DNA from: Octopus sinensis
Taxonomy: Eukaryota
Length of the DNA stretch: 64,000 bases
NCBI RefSeq assembly: GCF_006345805.1
Contig: NC_043002.1
Coordinates: forward strand, 19,096,001 to 19,160,000
Reading direction: 5' to 3'
Every line of letters starts with the position of its first letter. Position 1 is the stretch's first letter. Positions 40,299 to 54,733 of this stretch are shown here, one piece after another. The notes under the pieces are model-generated. The model had not been told where the DNA came from. It worked only from the letters and a program-made list of their open reading frames with translations, and made no database searches. A program made the translations under genes and the position numbers.

Positions 40299-40700
40299 AT
40301 GCAATATTTAAAAACAAATAATGGTACGATAGTTGCCTGCTGGACATGTCGAAATGTCTGAATGGAAGAACGGTAAACTGGTTCGACGAGTAATTGCCTA
40401 ATTAGGGAACTTTGTCCTCTAAAAGCGAATGCCAAGAAAGAACACATTACAAGCTGTGCTGAAGTATTCGCCAATGATATATGCACGATAGGATTCACAA
40501 AGCATTTCCTGAAAAATCCTCCGCATTAACTTAAATGCGCATTCCTTCACATATACCTAGAAATCACCACAGCTTTTAAAATTATTTTCGTAGTTTAAAA
40601 GATGAAAGATATATCACCTACTTTGACAATATTAAAGCACCAACACTGAGGAATGTTTCCAAATGCTCTAAACTCTATCATGCACAGCAACTAATTTTCT
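40299..40700 (+). mobile_element. Degenerate hAT (Hermes/hobo-like) transposase N-terminal remnant
   Basis: IVACWTCRNV*..TGSTSNCL..LC..AKKEHITSCAEVFANDI resembles a BED finger and the following helix of Hermes-type transposases; contains stops. Confidence 0.5.
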
Positions 40701-41285
40701 TTCTACCCTAATACAATTCTAAAGCAAAGCAATATATATATATATATATAAAGTTAATCCAAACAAGAAAGCACAAAAAAACACAGCAACGCGAGGACGT
40801 GGAACAAATATAGTATTATTGGACGCTCAGGAAAGAAGGAAAGAAGGAGGGTTTAACGTTTCGAGCGGAGCACTTCGTCGGAAACATAGGAGAAGGAAAG
40901 ATCCAGAGAAGGGAAGACAGAGGAAAAAAATCGCCAACGGTACACACGAGGTCACATTATATATATATATTAAACTGTTTCGACCTACCACACGAATTCT
41001 TACTCACGAACTTTAAATTAGATAATCGTTTGTAAAGTACGTCGACAAATACTTTCTACAGCATCGTAATAAATTTGGCGGGCTTCTATTTCACTGAGTT
41101 ATTTACTCAATCGTTACATTTCTCTGAAAACATGAAATTTTCTCGTTTAAAACAAACAATACTTTGTGATTTCAAGCGTTTAAATTATTCCTTATATAAT
41201 AAAATATTTTATGAGATATAAAACATTTATGATTTGTATTCTATCCTTCAACGATCAATTTAAATTTCTCATTATTATTTTGCAG

Positions 41286-41353
41286 TTTGTTTGTTGGACC
41301 ATGTTTACTCACAGTGGCAAAGAAGCATCACTCAAACCATGGCTGAATGTTGA
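41286..41353 (+). CDS. Gene A exon 5 (terminal): (V)CLLDHVYSQWQRSITQTMAEC*
   Basis: ttattttgcag acceptor, TGA at 41351-41353, AATAAA at 41384-41389; paralogous to 49855-49922 (-). Confidence 0.88.
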
Positions 41354-41383
41354 ATGAAAATTCGATTCAATCTTGCTGGTATT

Positions 41384-41389
41384 AATAAA
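41384..41389 (+). terminator. Candidate polyadenylation signal of gene A
   Basis: AATAAA about 30 nt after the stop codon; similar position in gene B. Confidence 0.5.
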
Positions 41390-44114
41390 ATATCAAGATA
41401 GTTGAAATTAGTGATATAACTAAACTACAAATACGATCTCTTTATAAAAGTTTTCGAACTAATTGTGATCAGATTAAACTGCATGCGACATAAATGTATT
41501 GAAATTGAAATTTATTAAAAATCCATCGAACGAATCAGCATCTATATCAGCATCTTTGCAAGCTAAAATTTATGAAGAGAGGTCTCTTCTGATTTACTAT
41601 AACATCCAGGGGTAGCATCAACAACATATAGTCAGTTGGCGAACTGTAGCCATCCAGTCATTCCCTGCCTATGGTTGTTTTATAGTTGAGGCTATTTTCT
41701 CCAAGTTGAGGCTATTTTAACATGTATAACCCATTGGTTTTGCGCAATAAGCTAACGAAATATATACATAAAAATGTTCGTTTTGAGTAAATGGGTACAA
41801 AGTATTGTGCATTTGAATTTGAAATAGGATGAAAAAATAGTGACAATGTATTTACCTTTTTTTTAATACGATAGATTACTTTTAACTTTTTCCTTACAAT
41901 TTCTTGGGATAGTCCACGTGCAACATATCAATAATCAAATTCAAATTTATAATATTCCATATGTATTGTAAAGAATGCAAGCATATACAACACATAACTT
42001 AAAATGTTACCTCAAGAAAACTAACTGAATTTATGTCGGTTTATAATGCCATTCTAATCGTTCCCTTACATAAACAGGCCACATATTTCTACCATTGTCT
42101 TTAGATATCTGGACAATTCCGGCAGACTAGCACATGTGTAATAAATGGCCACCACTTTAATGCACTACACCTAATGCCATTCACACTTAGAAGCCCCGTG
42201 TAACATCCGAGTTTAGAAAGCTGGTGATTAGTGCAAAAGTAAGTCATTTCTAAAATAATCCTTTCGAACTATATTGTTCAGAAGAGGTTTAACCCTCATT
42301 GTCAGTTAGAAAGACGGTGGGCGAATTCGTCTCCGAAATCCTGATCTCACTGACGGCTACCAAATCTAACCTTAGTGATCTCATATCCTTTTGCATGATT
42401 CTGTTTCCGCGTCGACGCCAGGGCAAGTGCATTCATTCAGCACACTCCTGGGTGTAACATTTTGGCCAGCAAATATAGGTAGAAAAAGCTTTCTTGTTAA
42501 CTGTAGAAGAGCAGGGCAAATAGAACTGTTTGTCTTGGAAATCCTAGGGTGTCCCTCGAGCATCTTATTCTAGGGATTCGTAAAAATCCATCACTAGTTC
42601 TGCATATACTTCAGGTACCGTTTGTACTAGAAGTCTGTCTTTGTCTTCAGACTGAATTTATACCTTACCTAAGCAAGAGCTACTATGTCAGCGGGTTTGG
42701 GATGAACTCTGTTTACTTATAATTTTCTTTCCGTATTGCATCGAAGCTGGGGATTGAGGAATAATTGCCGCTGTTTTTATTATGGTTATTATTGTTGGTG
42801 TCACTGCTATTGTAGACGCCGCCGTTTATTTTACTTCTGTTGTTGGTGAGTAGTTATTTACGTTGTTGTAGAAAAATGGCAAAATCATATCTCAAAAACT
42901 GTGGTAGAATATGAAAACGGTAATTTCCTGAGGTTTATCGATAAGAACCAAATAACCAAACATAATTACAATGAGATAAGATCCATGAGTTGTAAATTAA
43001 TCGATGAGATTGGTCTGACTGCCAATAACGTTACAGTAACGGAAATTCAAAATATTTTCAAATATAAAAATTTGGAGTTTGACATAACCGCCGTCTGAGA
43101 TGTGGACACAAGAATAGGAATTGTAAAGGGGAGTTTAGAAAACAATCAGAGACGAACCAGAAAAAGCTTCCACGGGTGAAGTAGCTGAATAAGCTCTGTA
43201 AAGTACACTTAAACAAAAACACACACTTGAAAATATGCCACTAGATATTTTACAACAAAGACCTAACTACAGAGGAGGCGCAATGGCCCAGTGGTTAGGG
43301 CAGCGGACTCGCGGTCATAGGATCGTGGTTTCAATTCCCAGACCGATCGTTTGTGAGTGTTTATTGAGCGAAAACACCTAAAGCTCCACGAGGCTCCGGC
43401 AGGGGATGGTGGTGATCCCTGCTGTACTCTTTCACCACAACTTTCTCTCACACTTACTTCCTGTTTCTGTTGTACCTGTATTTCAAAGGGCCGGCCTTGT
43501 CACTCTCTGTGTCACGCTGAATATCCCCGAGAACTACGTTAAGGGTACACGTGTCTGTGGAGTGCTCAGCCACTTACACGTTAATTTCACGAGTAGGCTG
43601 TTCCATTGATTCGGATCAACCGGAACCCTCGTCGTCGTAACCGACGGAGTGCTTCCTACTAACTACAGAATGAGATCCAATGTAATTTAACACAAACGAG
43701 GAATTTCGCCTTATCAAATATTATCGTGTTTTCGACATCCAAGGCAGTTGTTTCATTTGTCTCTTAGCATTAAAACCCTGCTTAAGCATAAGCCTAATTA
43801 GATTATTAGTAGCCTCCGACAGTAATTCCTTTTTGTTAGCCATTTTCCACAATCTGGCTATTTGTGCTGCAAACACGTTGTATCATGGTCTATATGAGTA
43901 AGACACCATTGCTATGTGAAACTCAACATATGTATGTATGCATGCATGTATTTATGTATGTATGTATGTATGTATGTATGTATGTATGTATGTATGTATG
44001 TATGCATGCATGCATGTATGTATGTATGTATGTATGTATGTATGTATGTATGTATGTATCTATCTATCTATCTGTCTGTCTATCTATCTATATATTTATC
44101 TATCTATCCCCCCC

Positions 44115-44148
<34 letters not shown>

Positions 44149-44799
44149 GTATAGAAAATAATTGAAATTCATTTGAATAAGGTACTTAAGTTGAAGCACC
44201 AAGGCAGTCCGGTATTATACGCACAGCTTGAAGTAAGGTAAATAAAATCAAAATAACTAACAGGATATAAAGTAATGATGCAGCACGACCGTTTGAAGCG
44301 ACTCCATTTAATTGACCAATGCAATAATTACATCAATTTAAATGCAGTGCCATCTTCAGCTTCACAAATAAATAGATAGAATTTTAACACGTAGGACATA
44401 TTAATATAATTTTTCTCAAATATTTTAACAGAGCAAGATGGAAGAAGTTTATTCTGTCGCTATTGTAGCTAAGAATAGACTACACTTCCAAGAATCACAT
44501 GAAGCCTAGTAGGATCATAGTGTTGTAAGGGATTGTAGTTCATTTCTAATTCATTTATCTCTTTACCAGCTACTAAATCTAAAACTAGAAGACTGTGTCA
44601 TAAATAGTATCGCATGTATCCCTTTTCCTCAGGTAGGAAATAAGACATTAGGAGTAGTCAGTTGGGTATAAGTAACTATCTATAAACAGAGATAGGGTAG
44701 GGGTAGACTTTAAATCATGATGTTAATTACTAGTTAAAGGGGCAAGACGTAAGAAACCTAAGATGGTTATACAGAGGAAATTTTATCTTGGGGCACTAT

Positions 44800-45960
44800 G
44801 GGTGATTGTTTATAAACAATATTGTTATGTTGTATAAAAATAAAAATACACTGAAAGAACAACTCACTTTGAGTATAACAAACATTTTGCATCAAATGAG
44901 ACGCAGACTTACCATAACATTCGAGGAAATATTAATGCCAAATGCGGTAGAAGCAACAGACTTGGGTAGGAGTTCAGGTATGTCCGATAAATTATAATGA
45001 AAATGTAGAATGGATCAAAACGTTAAAACAATTAGACAATAAAGAGAAACAATAAACAATCTTTATAACTGGAGGCAATATAAAAATACTACCAAACTAG
45101 AAATCTCCAGGGACAAATGAGATAAAATATCTGAATATCTGAAATCCTTAAACGGTTAAATCTGTAACGAATGTGTATTAAAAGGAAGTTTACTAGAGTG
45201 GATGGTTGAGCCGCAAACAACTTTGATCAAGAAAATTCAACGAGGGAAAAAGCATAGAAAATAATCGATCAACAACATGCCTCAATTCGTTGTGCAAGTT
45301 ATTAACACGCATTCCTTACCTGAGAAAACATATATTCATTTGATGCTGAAAAATATTACTATCTATTGTATAGTAGTGCAGGAAACTTTTAAAAGCACTA
45401 AAGACCACTTCATCGTTGATAACTAATGACTGCAAGCAATGACACACTTATTTGTACGTATTGCAGTGGATCAACTTAATAATGGTCTACAAAATGGTGC
45501 TCTATTCTTGGATTGTGGTGTCAATCAGAATGTTTGGCGTAACTGAAAATCTCTTCATCTTCAGTGTTAATATAGCGCACAGGAAAACGAACTTGAGAGT
45601 AGACATGAAATCACTGGGAAGCATAGTCGTTAAAAGAGGCATTTTCAGTGTTTCTTTTTCCTTATCCTCTTTGTTATTTGCAATCCCACCAAAACCTATC
45701 TCAATGACATTTATAAAGATCAACACAGGCTATAAAGTAGGAAGAAATGCACCTTTTTTAAACCATGAGTTTATCATGGATGAATTTAGAATATTCGCTA
45801 AGTCTGGAGGAAAAGATCAATTCACTTGTTTATCCAGTAAAAGTCTGTTGCTCTGGTATCAGGACGAAGCTTGGTATATCAAAATGTACGATTTTAGCCA
45901 TAAAAAGAAGGAAGAGAGTTCATTTTAATGAAATAAACTATTCGGAAGATCGAATTTAAA
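44800..45960 (+). mobile_element. Highly decayed Dong/R4-type LINE RT region
   Basis: KLEISRD (KSPG-like), VKRGIF..SLSSLLFAI, FLNHEFIMDEFRIFAK, KLGISKC. Confidence 0.6.
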
Positions 45961-46019
45961 AAACCCTTCAGAAATCACGTCAGAGAGGAGCTGAGAAGGT
46001 TATATATATTGAAAAATTC

Positions 46020-46620
46020 CATATTAGACTATTGTTACTTCACGTTAGAGGAGTTCGCAGTGTTGAGAATTTACAAACCGTTGATGAGGTACTGTACAAT
46101 ATCTGCTAAAAGCTGTAGAGCGAATAAAAGTAATAAATAAACCAAAGCTAGGAAATCCAAGCAATCCTATGGAACTCTGTTGTATGTTGGAGGATCAAAT
46201 AATAGAAGACTACCTCAAAACCAATTTAAAATTGAAATTTATTTTCTGTACATGTATTAATTTGTCGTTGGCTTGGTGTTCCTTTTCCAGAGTTTGCAGC
46301 TTTGCTGCCACAGATGATGAAATGACGGATTATCTAGTTGAGATTTTAAATACGACTTTGTCGGGGATGTCGCCATATGTGTTGGGACTAAAAGTTGGTA
46401 TAATCTATTAATCCCTCAATAACCTATAATTTATTAATTACACAACCTCGAGAAGCAGACTGCTTAATATAACACGACTTATCTTCATGGATAAATGCTG
46501 ACTGGTAATAAGAAATGAAATGAGATATTTTGCACCCACTGATATCACTTTTCCTTTTTCTTTAAAAGGACATCAAGTTTCAGGTCACAAATGTAGATTT
46601 TCCCTTTTAGTATAAAATAT
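46020..46620 (+). mobile_element. Helitron Rep/helicase remnants
   Basis: LLLHVRGVRSVENLQTVDEVLY and DYLVEILNTTLSGMSPYVLGLKVG resemble Helitron Pif1-helicase motifs. Confidence 0.65.
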
Positions 46621-47104
46621 TTGTCATATAGCTCTCATTTAGAATAGGATCTACGGAATATCCGAGAATTTAAAGAAAGGAATATTTTATATTAAAGTCG
46701 GAACCGGTTCGAATCCCATTGGTCGTGCTGTCCTGGGCTCTTTCAATCATGTTACTACTTATCACGGAAGATATCACGTCGGGCGCTAGATTTTACCCCC
46801 TCTTTTCATCGCGTTTTGTGAAGGGAATACACTTTTGTGTATTGAAAAATCATGTATGTCAGTGTGAGTTCTGATCGTCCACATGTTAACAATGGGGCTT
46901 ACTTCTTTACTCTTCTCAATATAAATGATTCACCACAGAACCGTGCGCGCGCGTGCACACACACATACGTGTGAGAGGATAAAAGAAAGAAAAAAGGCAC
47001 TCAATACATTTAGTAGGAGTTACATGCATTATTATGGAGGCGCAATGGCCCAGTAGTTAGGGCAGCGGACTCACTCGCGGTTGTAGGATTGCGGTGTGCA
47101 TAAT

Positions 47105-47163
<59 letters not shown>

Positions 47164-47332
47164 CACACTTAGTGATCTCATATATATATATATATATATA
47201 TATAAACACATACACACATACATACATACATACATATATATATTGTGTGTGTGCATAATATAAATTATATATATATATATATTTATATTATGCACACACA
47301 CAATATATGTATGTATGTACGTATGTATGTGT

Positions 47333-47382
<50 letters not shown>

Positions 47383-49801
47383 TATAATATATATATATAT
47401 ATATGATATCACTAAGTGTGCTATGTATGAATTACAAATAGAGTGTGGTGTGTCGGCTTTTCCTATTCGCGAAAAGCAGTAGGTGGTAGTACTTTCAAAC
47501 TAGTGACTCTATGAGCTAGTCGGGGCTGGAAGGCCGAATTTATTTAGATATCAATCTAGACACTTTCCTTGAAAAATCACGCTCACTAATGTTAGTGGGT
47601 GGCTGGAATGACATGTTAAACGTACCCCTGAAATTGTGTTGAAATAACCGATAAGAAAGAAGAATCTAAAAGTCTTGCAAACTTTCTCAGACAGCTCTTA
47701 TTGGATTTTCCAAATATATCAATTTGGGCCTGATCAAATCGCAATGTGCCATACTTATCGCACAAAGTTTTCATTAGAGAAAGTGTAAAGGATAGTGTAA
47801 TTTGTGGAAATGTGGAATAGAACTTCATTTCCTCACACATATTCCATTAAAGTTATTTGTATATAAATCCTGTCGGCTATTTTGCATTTTTGACGCGTCA
47901 CTTTGAAGTATCCAGATCATAAGCCAACCAGATAGGTGACATTTCAGCTTGATGCGCTGCTTGGTATTATCTAGTTAGAATACACTGGTCCTCAACCGGA
48001 ATAATCGAGCCTTTAGTCTCCGCCTTTCAACTGAGATCTTTGGCACTAAATGCGGTTTTATCGTTTGTCGCAGCTTGATATATTTAATCTTTTCAAGACT
48101 ATCCGTGGAGTGGTATCAACCCATTTTCTCAATTATTTTCTGTTCTAATTCATAAAACAAACGTAAGATTTCTGGTACATACGAGACCAGAAGTATACAC
48201 AATTCTTGAAATGTTTCCACTGTAGAGAATTATAGCTATAATCTTAAAGAATATATCGGAGACTTCGTAGACAAATAATTTTAAATCTCGAATTTCCAAC
48301 CAAAGTTTATAGCAAAGTAGATGGCTGTGAAATCCTTTTTCCTTCTTTGTACGTTTGCAATAAGAACATACATGTTTAAAACAGATATTAAGTCATCATT
48401 TGATGCACGGTTATCACTAATTGCAACTACTGCAGTTAAGAAGTGGCCTGAATAAATGCACGTGTCTAGCAGTCAGCGTTGAAGTAGGGACATATGCCGA
48501 AGAGTATTAAACTATTAAGTTAAAATACGGTCATCATTAGCGGAACCAAGATTTCAGACACGCAGTCGCTTGTATCCATGTTTACGTCATATTTGCTCAA
48601 ATCTGATCATGTGGCGTGGTAGTGTTGTTTCTAGAAGGCTTGTATCAACGAGTACGATCACCTTTGACCTAGATGGCAAGGATAAGGGATTCGATAAACG
48701 TGATGGAAGTTTCACACTGGTGGCTATTAATGTTCGGAAAAAGTAGAACGAGCTTATTTCTTTAGCTGACAGATATTGCCTGGATTTTCCGAACACACCA
48801 ATGGGAACCTGTTCAAATCGCAACGTGCTATGCATATCGTGCAAAGAATTTTCATCATATTAATCGATAAGATTAGAATAAATTGCCCACAGTTGCGTGC
48901 TTGTGTGTGTGTGTACGCATGTGCGCGCGCGTGAGTATGTGTATGTACGTGAGTTTAGAATCTTCACACGCAAAGCAGTAGCAAATAGGATAATAAATAA
49001 ATTCGCTCTTTTAAAGCCTAGTCAGGCCCATGGGCTCGATTTCCCGGTTTCAATGGCGTATGTGTTCCCCCGCTGGACGGGACGCCAGTCCATCGCAGCG
49101 TTACTCATTTTTGCCAGCTGAGTGGACTGGAGCAACGTGAAATGAAGTGTTTTGCTCAAGAACACAACGCGTCGCCCGGTCCAGGAATCGAAACCACTAT
49201 CTTACGATCATGATGCTGACACCCTAACCACTAAGACACGCGCCTCCATAGGAAATAGAATAGAAATATATCAAATCATTTGACGGCTAACCTTTCCTGA
49301 GTCTCTCCCCCGAGTTGCATGATGCTGTCACAATTTGCACGGCGGCGAATAAGACAATCATGCCAGACTCGGAGTGGTGATTAAGTGACACACCAATATC
49401 TAATAAATGAATGAATTTGTGTGAATGTGTAGAAATGTGAGGCAGAACTTTAGGTAATATCAAGAAGCAGGAAGGCGATGAGCTTGCAGAATCGTTAGCA
49501 CGCCGGGCGAAATGCTTAGCAGCTATATGTCTGTCTTACGTTCTGGGTTCAAATGCCGCCGTGGTCGACTTTGTCTTTCATCCTTTCGGGGTCGTTAAAA
49601 TAAGCGCCAGTTGAGTACTTGGGTTGGATGAAACTAACTGAACCCCTTCCCTGAAACTGCTGGCCTTGTGCTAAATTTGAAACCAATATAAAGAAGCAGT
49701 CTTCGTTGCACGTTTGAAACAAGAATATACATGTTTAAGAACAGATATTACGTCATTACGGTTATCACTAATTGCAACAACTGCATAATATATTATTGAC
49801 A

Positions 49802-49812
49802 TTTATTTTATT
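49802..49812 (-). terminator. Candidate polyadenylation signals of gene B (two overlapping AATAAA)
   Basis: TTTATT twice on the + strand, about 45-50 nt downstream of the stop. Confidence 0.5.
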
Positions 49813-49854
49813 GGTGCCACAGAGATGAAAAAGCATCGAACATCAAATTTTTAT

Positions 49855-49922
49855 TTAACATTGTTTCAGATGATCCATGTTCAATTTCTGCCAGCCTGCG
49901 TAAACATGCTCCAGCATACAAA
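49855..49922 (-). CDS. Gene B exon 5 (terminal): (V)CMLEHVYAGWQKLNMDHLKQC*
   Basis: ttattttgcag acceptor, TAA stop; AATAAA on the minus strand at 49802-49812. Confidence 0.88.
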
Positions 49923-50519
49923 CTGCAAAATAAATAATAAACAATAATTGAAAATGCAATTTTTATTTAATTTGCACATCGAAGAAAGGAATATGGTCAT
50001 AATTTTTTTTAAATCTCGTGAATTTTATAGGAATATGAGAAATAAATGTTTGAAATCATGGTTTAGTTCTGTACGAGGGAATTTGATACTAGATGAGACA
50101 AATGTAGCGATAGGTCACTGAAGCAGTTGTGTGGAAATCTACATGCCATATGGCTCAGCAGATAGTGGTTACTGCTCTTTTATTCAGACAATCAGAGATA
50201 TTTGAACCAATTGTTTGGGGATACGTTCACGCAAGGAGACAAATAATCGAAGATATTTCCAAATGATATTACAGATTATGAGATACAGATAGAATGCACA
50301 GACATGATATAAATAGATATATCATGAAATCAGTTTGTAAATCAAAGAGAGCAGAGAGGGATTCTCCACATATGTATTGTATTCATAAGCTGTTTATTTA
50401 GGGACAGTTTAAAGAGTATATATTTTTTCTGCCTTTAACCCTCCAGCGCGGAGTATAAGCCACTTATAATTGAATTCCATGTCGCATAATTTTTCGCTTC
50501 TGTACTTATACTCTGCCAT

Positions 50520-50950
50520 GAATGTCCCCCTTTCTCTAGTTCCCTTTGTGTTGATCTACGTCACAAGTTCTTAGACCTACCTTTCTATATCTATCCAAAT
50601 TCCACTGTAAAGCATTTTTCGCTACATTTAGTGTGTTTTTCTAATTGTGCTACCAATCCACTTCCAGTTTTTCTTAAATATTTGCTCCCTAATCGAAACT
50701 TGATTTGTTCTTTGCCATAGCTCCATATTGCTTATGTGTTCGGGCCATCTAATTTTAAGTATACTACGCAAGCATCTGTTGATGAATGATTGTATTTGCT
50801 TATTTGACTTAACTGTTGTTCGCCATGTCTCAGCCCCATACAATAACACTGCTTTTAATTTAGTGTTAAAAATTCTTATTTTGTTCTTTATTGAAATCAC
50901 ACTTGCACTCCATACTTTTTTTTAATAGGCGAAAAGCGGTCCTTGCCTTA
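50520..50950 (-). mobile_element. RTE-clade LINE 3' fragment
   Basis: KIRIFNTKLKAVLLYGAETW..CLRSILKIRWPEHISNMELW..WKWIG. Confidence 0.85.
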
Positions 50951-51432
50951 CTTATTCTCGTCTTAATATCTTCGTCGGTTTGAAGAGTATACATTCGATA
51001 AAATCATTTACAGCTTTAACAAATCTTACAAAAAAATATTTTGTTATAGATGATAAATTTAAATAGAATACATATTTCTCGGGAATAAGCAGAGCAAGAG
51101 CACACACGAAGGCGGAAAGTGACGCCGAGGAGGTCACAGATGTGTGACGCAAGACATGAGTTAGAAAATAATGGACATGGTTAGAAGAAGAACAGTAATA
51201 AACAAGCATAAATACAATTTGTATATAAATCTACAAATATAAATATAAATTATATATTTTAAGATGAAATGTATATTGTAGCATCTACAATTAATATAAA
51301 AATTATAATGTTTATTGAATGTATCAATCTATCTATCACTACACATGCACGTGTGTGTGTGTGTGCGTGCGCGTATCTGTACGTAAAATGATGACAACAT
51401 AATTACATCGTAAAAAATAAAAATTTGCCTAC

Positions 51433-51564
51433 CTAGATTATAGTGCACATCTATCCGTGGAATTTCCATTAAAAATTTGCATGTAAATGTTACGCAGCGG
51501 TTGTTATAAACACCAATCCGTTTTTCATCCTTTTCCATGCAGTTTCCTTTATTATCTTTGCAAT
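51433..51564 (-). CDS. Gene B exon 4: (Y)CKDNKGNCMEKDEKRIGVYNNRCVTFTCKFLMEIPRIDVHYNL, 4 Cys, phase 1-1
   Basis: ctttttcag acceptor, G|gtaggc donor, 132 nt; overlaps ORF 51329..51538. Confidence 0.9.
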
Positions 51565-52043
51565 CTGAAAAAGTAATTAAATATATGATTATGAATTTAT
51601 GACTTAAATGAAATCACAAAGAAATCGTACGCACACACACACACGCGCACACGCGCACATACATACACACATACACACGTGATACACCTTAATATATTTT
51701 AGACCTGATACTCATTCTATAAATCTCTTTTGTCGAACCGCTAAGTAACACCGGTTGGGCGCATGCGTGTAAGGTATTGTTTGTGTAGACGAAATTAGTG
51801 AAAAGTTTTATCTTATAATGTTTCGAACACTGAAATATTAATGTCTACTGCGTGCATCGTTTGGATTTCCAGCTAAAGCTATTTTCAAAAGGTGTTGGTT
51901 TGTTTACGTCACTGTAACTTAGCGGTTCAGCAAAAGATATCGACAGAACTAGTACCAGGCTTAAAACAGTTTACAAGAAAGTATATAAGAAAGTATTCAG
52001 CAAAAAGTATTATGAGTTCAATAACAATCATGTTTGTTTGGTA

Positions 52044-52081
<38 letters not shown>

Positions 52082-52530
52082 GCACAGAAGGAGATATATT
52101 TAAGAATTTACAAAAAATTGGAGAACTGACCTCTCTTTCTTGTCTTTCTGACATTTTCTGTCTTAAATTATTAAATATATCTCCTTCATTGTATATATAT
52201 ACTACCAAACAAGCATGATTTTTATTGAACTCCTAATACTTTTTGTTGAATACTTTCTTAAATACTTTCTTGTAAACTGTTTTTCACATTTTCTTATTAT
52301 TATCAAATAATGTATAGCTGTATTTTAATACTTTTGTGATAACCAGTACTTAACACAACAAAGCTTATACAAAGCTTTACATTTTACTTTTGACAATCTT
52401 TTTCTAAAAAAGTGAAACCGGTCAAGTCAATAAACGTCTTTAAAATTGCATTTTCAAACTTTCTTTCATATATATTTCTACTCGTGCGGTACCTTACAAC
52501 TTTGTTATATACATACATACATACGTACAT

Positions 52531-52563
<33 letters not shown>

Positions 52564-52577
52564 TATTATATATATAT

Positions 52578-52621
<44 letters not shown>

Positions 52622-52657
52622 TATATATATATATGTACATACATATATATACATATG

Positions 52658-52691
<34 letters not shown>

Positions 52692-52697
52692 ATATAT

Positions 52698-52730
<33 letters not shown>

Positions 52731-52890
52731 TATATATATATTATATATATATATATATATATGTAGATACATACATACATACATGCATACAAGCATACAT
52801 ACATACATTCATATAATATGAAGGCACGCAGTGGAGAGTCTTGTACAAGCTATATACATAGATACATACGGACACACACACACACATATA

Positions 52891-54132
52891 TGGGTTGTAC
52901 GGAAAGTTCTGGGCGTTTTTAAGCTAAAATGTAAATGCTCCACTGAACACACCTGAATCAGCTAAACCTTTAGCGTTGCTTGAAGTGGTAGTGCATCTCT
53001 TCTTTGTTCCTGACTAAAAATGTATTTATCTTTCATTGCAATTACACTTTATTGACATTTGAAATGAATAACCAAAAAATTCATATTCGCGTTGTAATGC
53101 TTTTCTTTTTTAAACAGGAGAAAAGTTTGCAAAGACTTGCAAAAACCTTTGTGAAGTTTATGGTGATGATGCTGTACGTGAATGAACTGTTCGAAGGTGA
53201 TTTACAAAATTTAAAGCTAGAGAGTTTTGCTTGGAAGATAACATTCGCAGTGGAAAATCTTCAAAATCAGATGTTTGAAAGCAAAAATCAAAGAAAACTC
53301 AAATATCACGACTAGCAGAGAAGTTGGAAGTTTCTAAAAGTACGGCTCATGAACACCTAGTGAAACTAGGACACATTTCTCGCTGTAATGTATGTATCTT
53401 TCACAAACTCTCAGAAAAGAATTGCTTGGACCGGTATTTCGTTTGTGATATGCTTTTGAAACGGAATGAAAGCATATCTTTTTTGAATCAACTTGTGACT
53501 GGAGATGAAAAATAGATTGTATACGAAAACTTAGTGCGAAAAATATCCTGGAGTTTGCGTAAGGATGCCTCAAAAGAATAACCAATGACGAACATACATG
53601 TCAAAAAAGCTATGCATTGTGTCTGGTGGGATCATAAAGGCGTTGTTTATTATGAGCTTCTCCTACAAAACCAGGCCATCAATTCTGATGTATACTGTCG
53701 TCAGCTGGCTAATTTGAACCCAAAAAATCAAATAATTGAGACGGGAGATTGCCAAAAGGAAAGGGTTAGTGTTCCAACAAGACAATGCCCGACTATATAT
53801 GTCTCTGGCTACTTGAACAAAGTTATATGAATTTGGCTAGGGTCTCTTACCCCATCCAACATATTCTCCTGATATTGCGCCATCCAACTACAACTTGTTT
53901 TTGTCACTACATAACTCATTGCAAGGAAAACCATTGATCGATTTAAATGAAGTCAAAATGCATCTAGATAACTTTCTTCTTATGCTGATGGAGTATTTAA
54001 ATTGTCTGATAGATGGGAAAAAGTTATTAATAACAATGGAAATTATTTCATTGAATAAAATTAATTGAAAGGTCAATTATTTATATCTTATTTTACATAT
54101 TAAAAACCGCTCAGAACTTTCTGGACAACCTA
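52891..54132 (+). mobile_element. Older decayed mariner related to 21339-22628
   Basis: TIRs tgggttgtacggaaagttc / gaactttctggacaaccta; TGDEK, CVWWDHKG, HPTYSPDIAPSNY. Confidence 0.9.
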
Positions 54133-54396
54133 TATAATCCAAGGTCATTTTCGAGCCACGGGCTCATAGGCCGGTTTTCATCCACTGGATGAGGCACCGG
54201 TCCGTTACAGGATTACACATATTTTGCCATCAGAGTGAACGGGAGCAACATGAAATGAAGTGTTTTGCGGAAGAATACAACGCCCGGTCCAGGAATCGAA
54301 ACCACAGTCTTACGATCACGAGTGAAAGACCTTTTACTAAGCCACGCGCCTCTATGTTTATATATGTACGTGTGTGTGAGTGTGAGTGTGTGTGTG

Positions 54397-54456
<60 letters not shown>

Positions 54457-54652
54457 ACGTCAGTGACTATATATCTGCGCAAGTTTTCTTTTTTTCCTTT
54501 TCACTCTCGTAAGCGCATGCGTATATTTGCATGCTTTTTTTTCTACTCTTGGGCAGATCTTTCCATAGGCATTAACAGCAACTTTCTCACTTGCAACGTA
54601 GGTATGTCGTGAAAAATGTAATTTTCTCAAATAAAGTGCACTTCATATTTAA

Positions 54653-54733
54653 GGCTCTGATGAAGCTATAGGATGTTATCCAGGTACTCAGCTAAGAGTC
54701 CATTACAACCTATAGCAGAAACATCTGTAAGTT
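54653..54733 (+). ncRNA. Minimal hammerhead-ribozyme-like motif
   Basis: ggct-CTGATGA-a-gctatagg..cctatagc-a-GAAAC-ATCT-GTA-agtt. Confidence 0.55.

Noticed and set aside
40211-40508. Open minus-strand segment with tttttcag acceptor and GAG|gtaagt donor (ORF 40208..40498)
   Set aside because: No partner exons found, and the + strand reads better as a decayed Hermes-like hAT transposase. Not fully excluded without RNA-seq.
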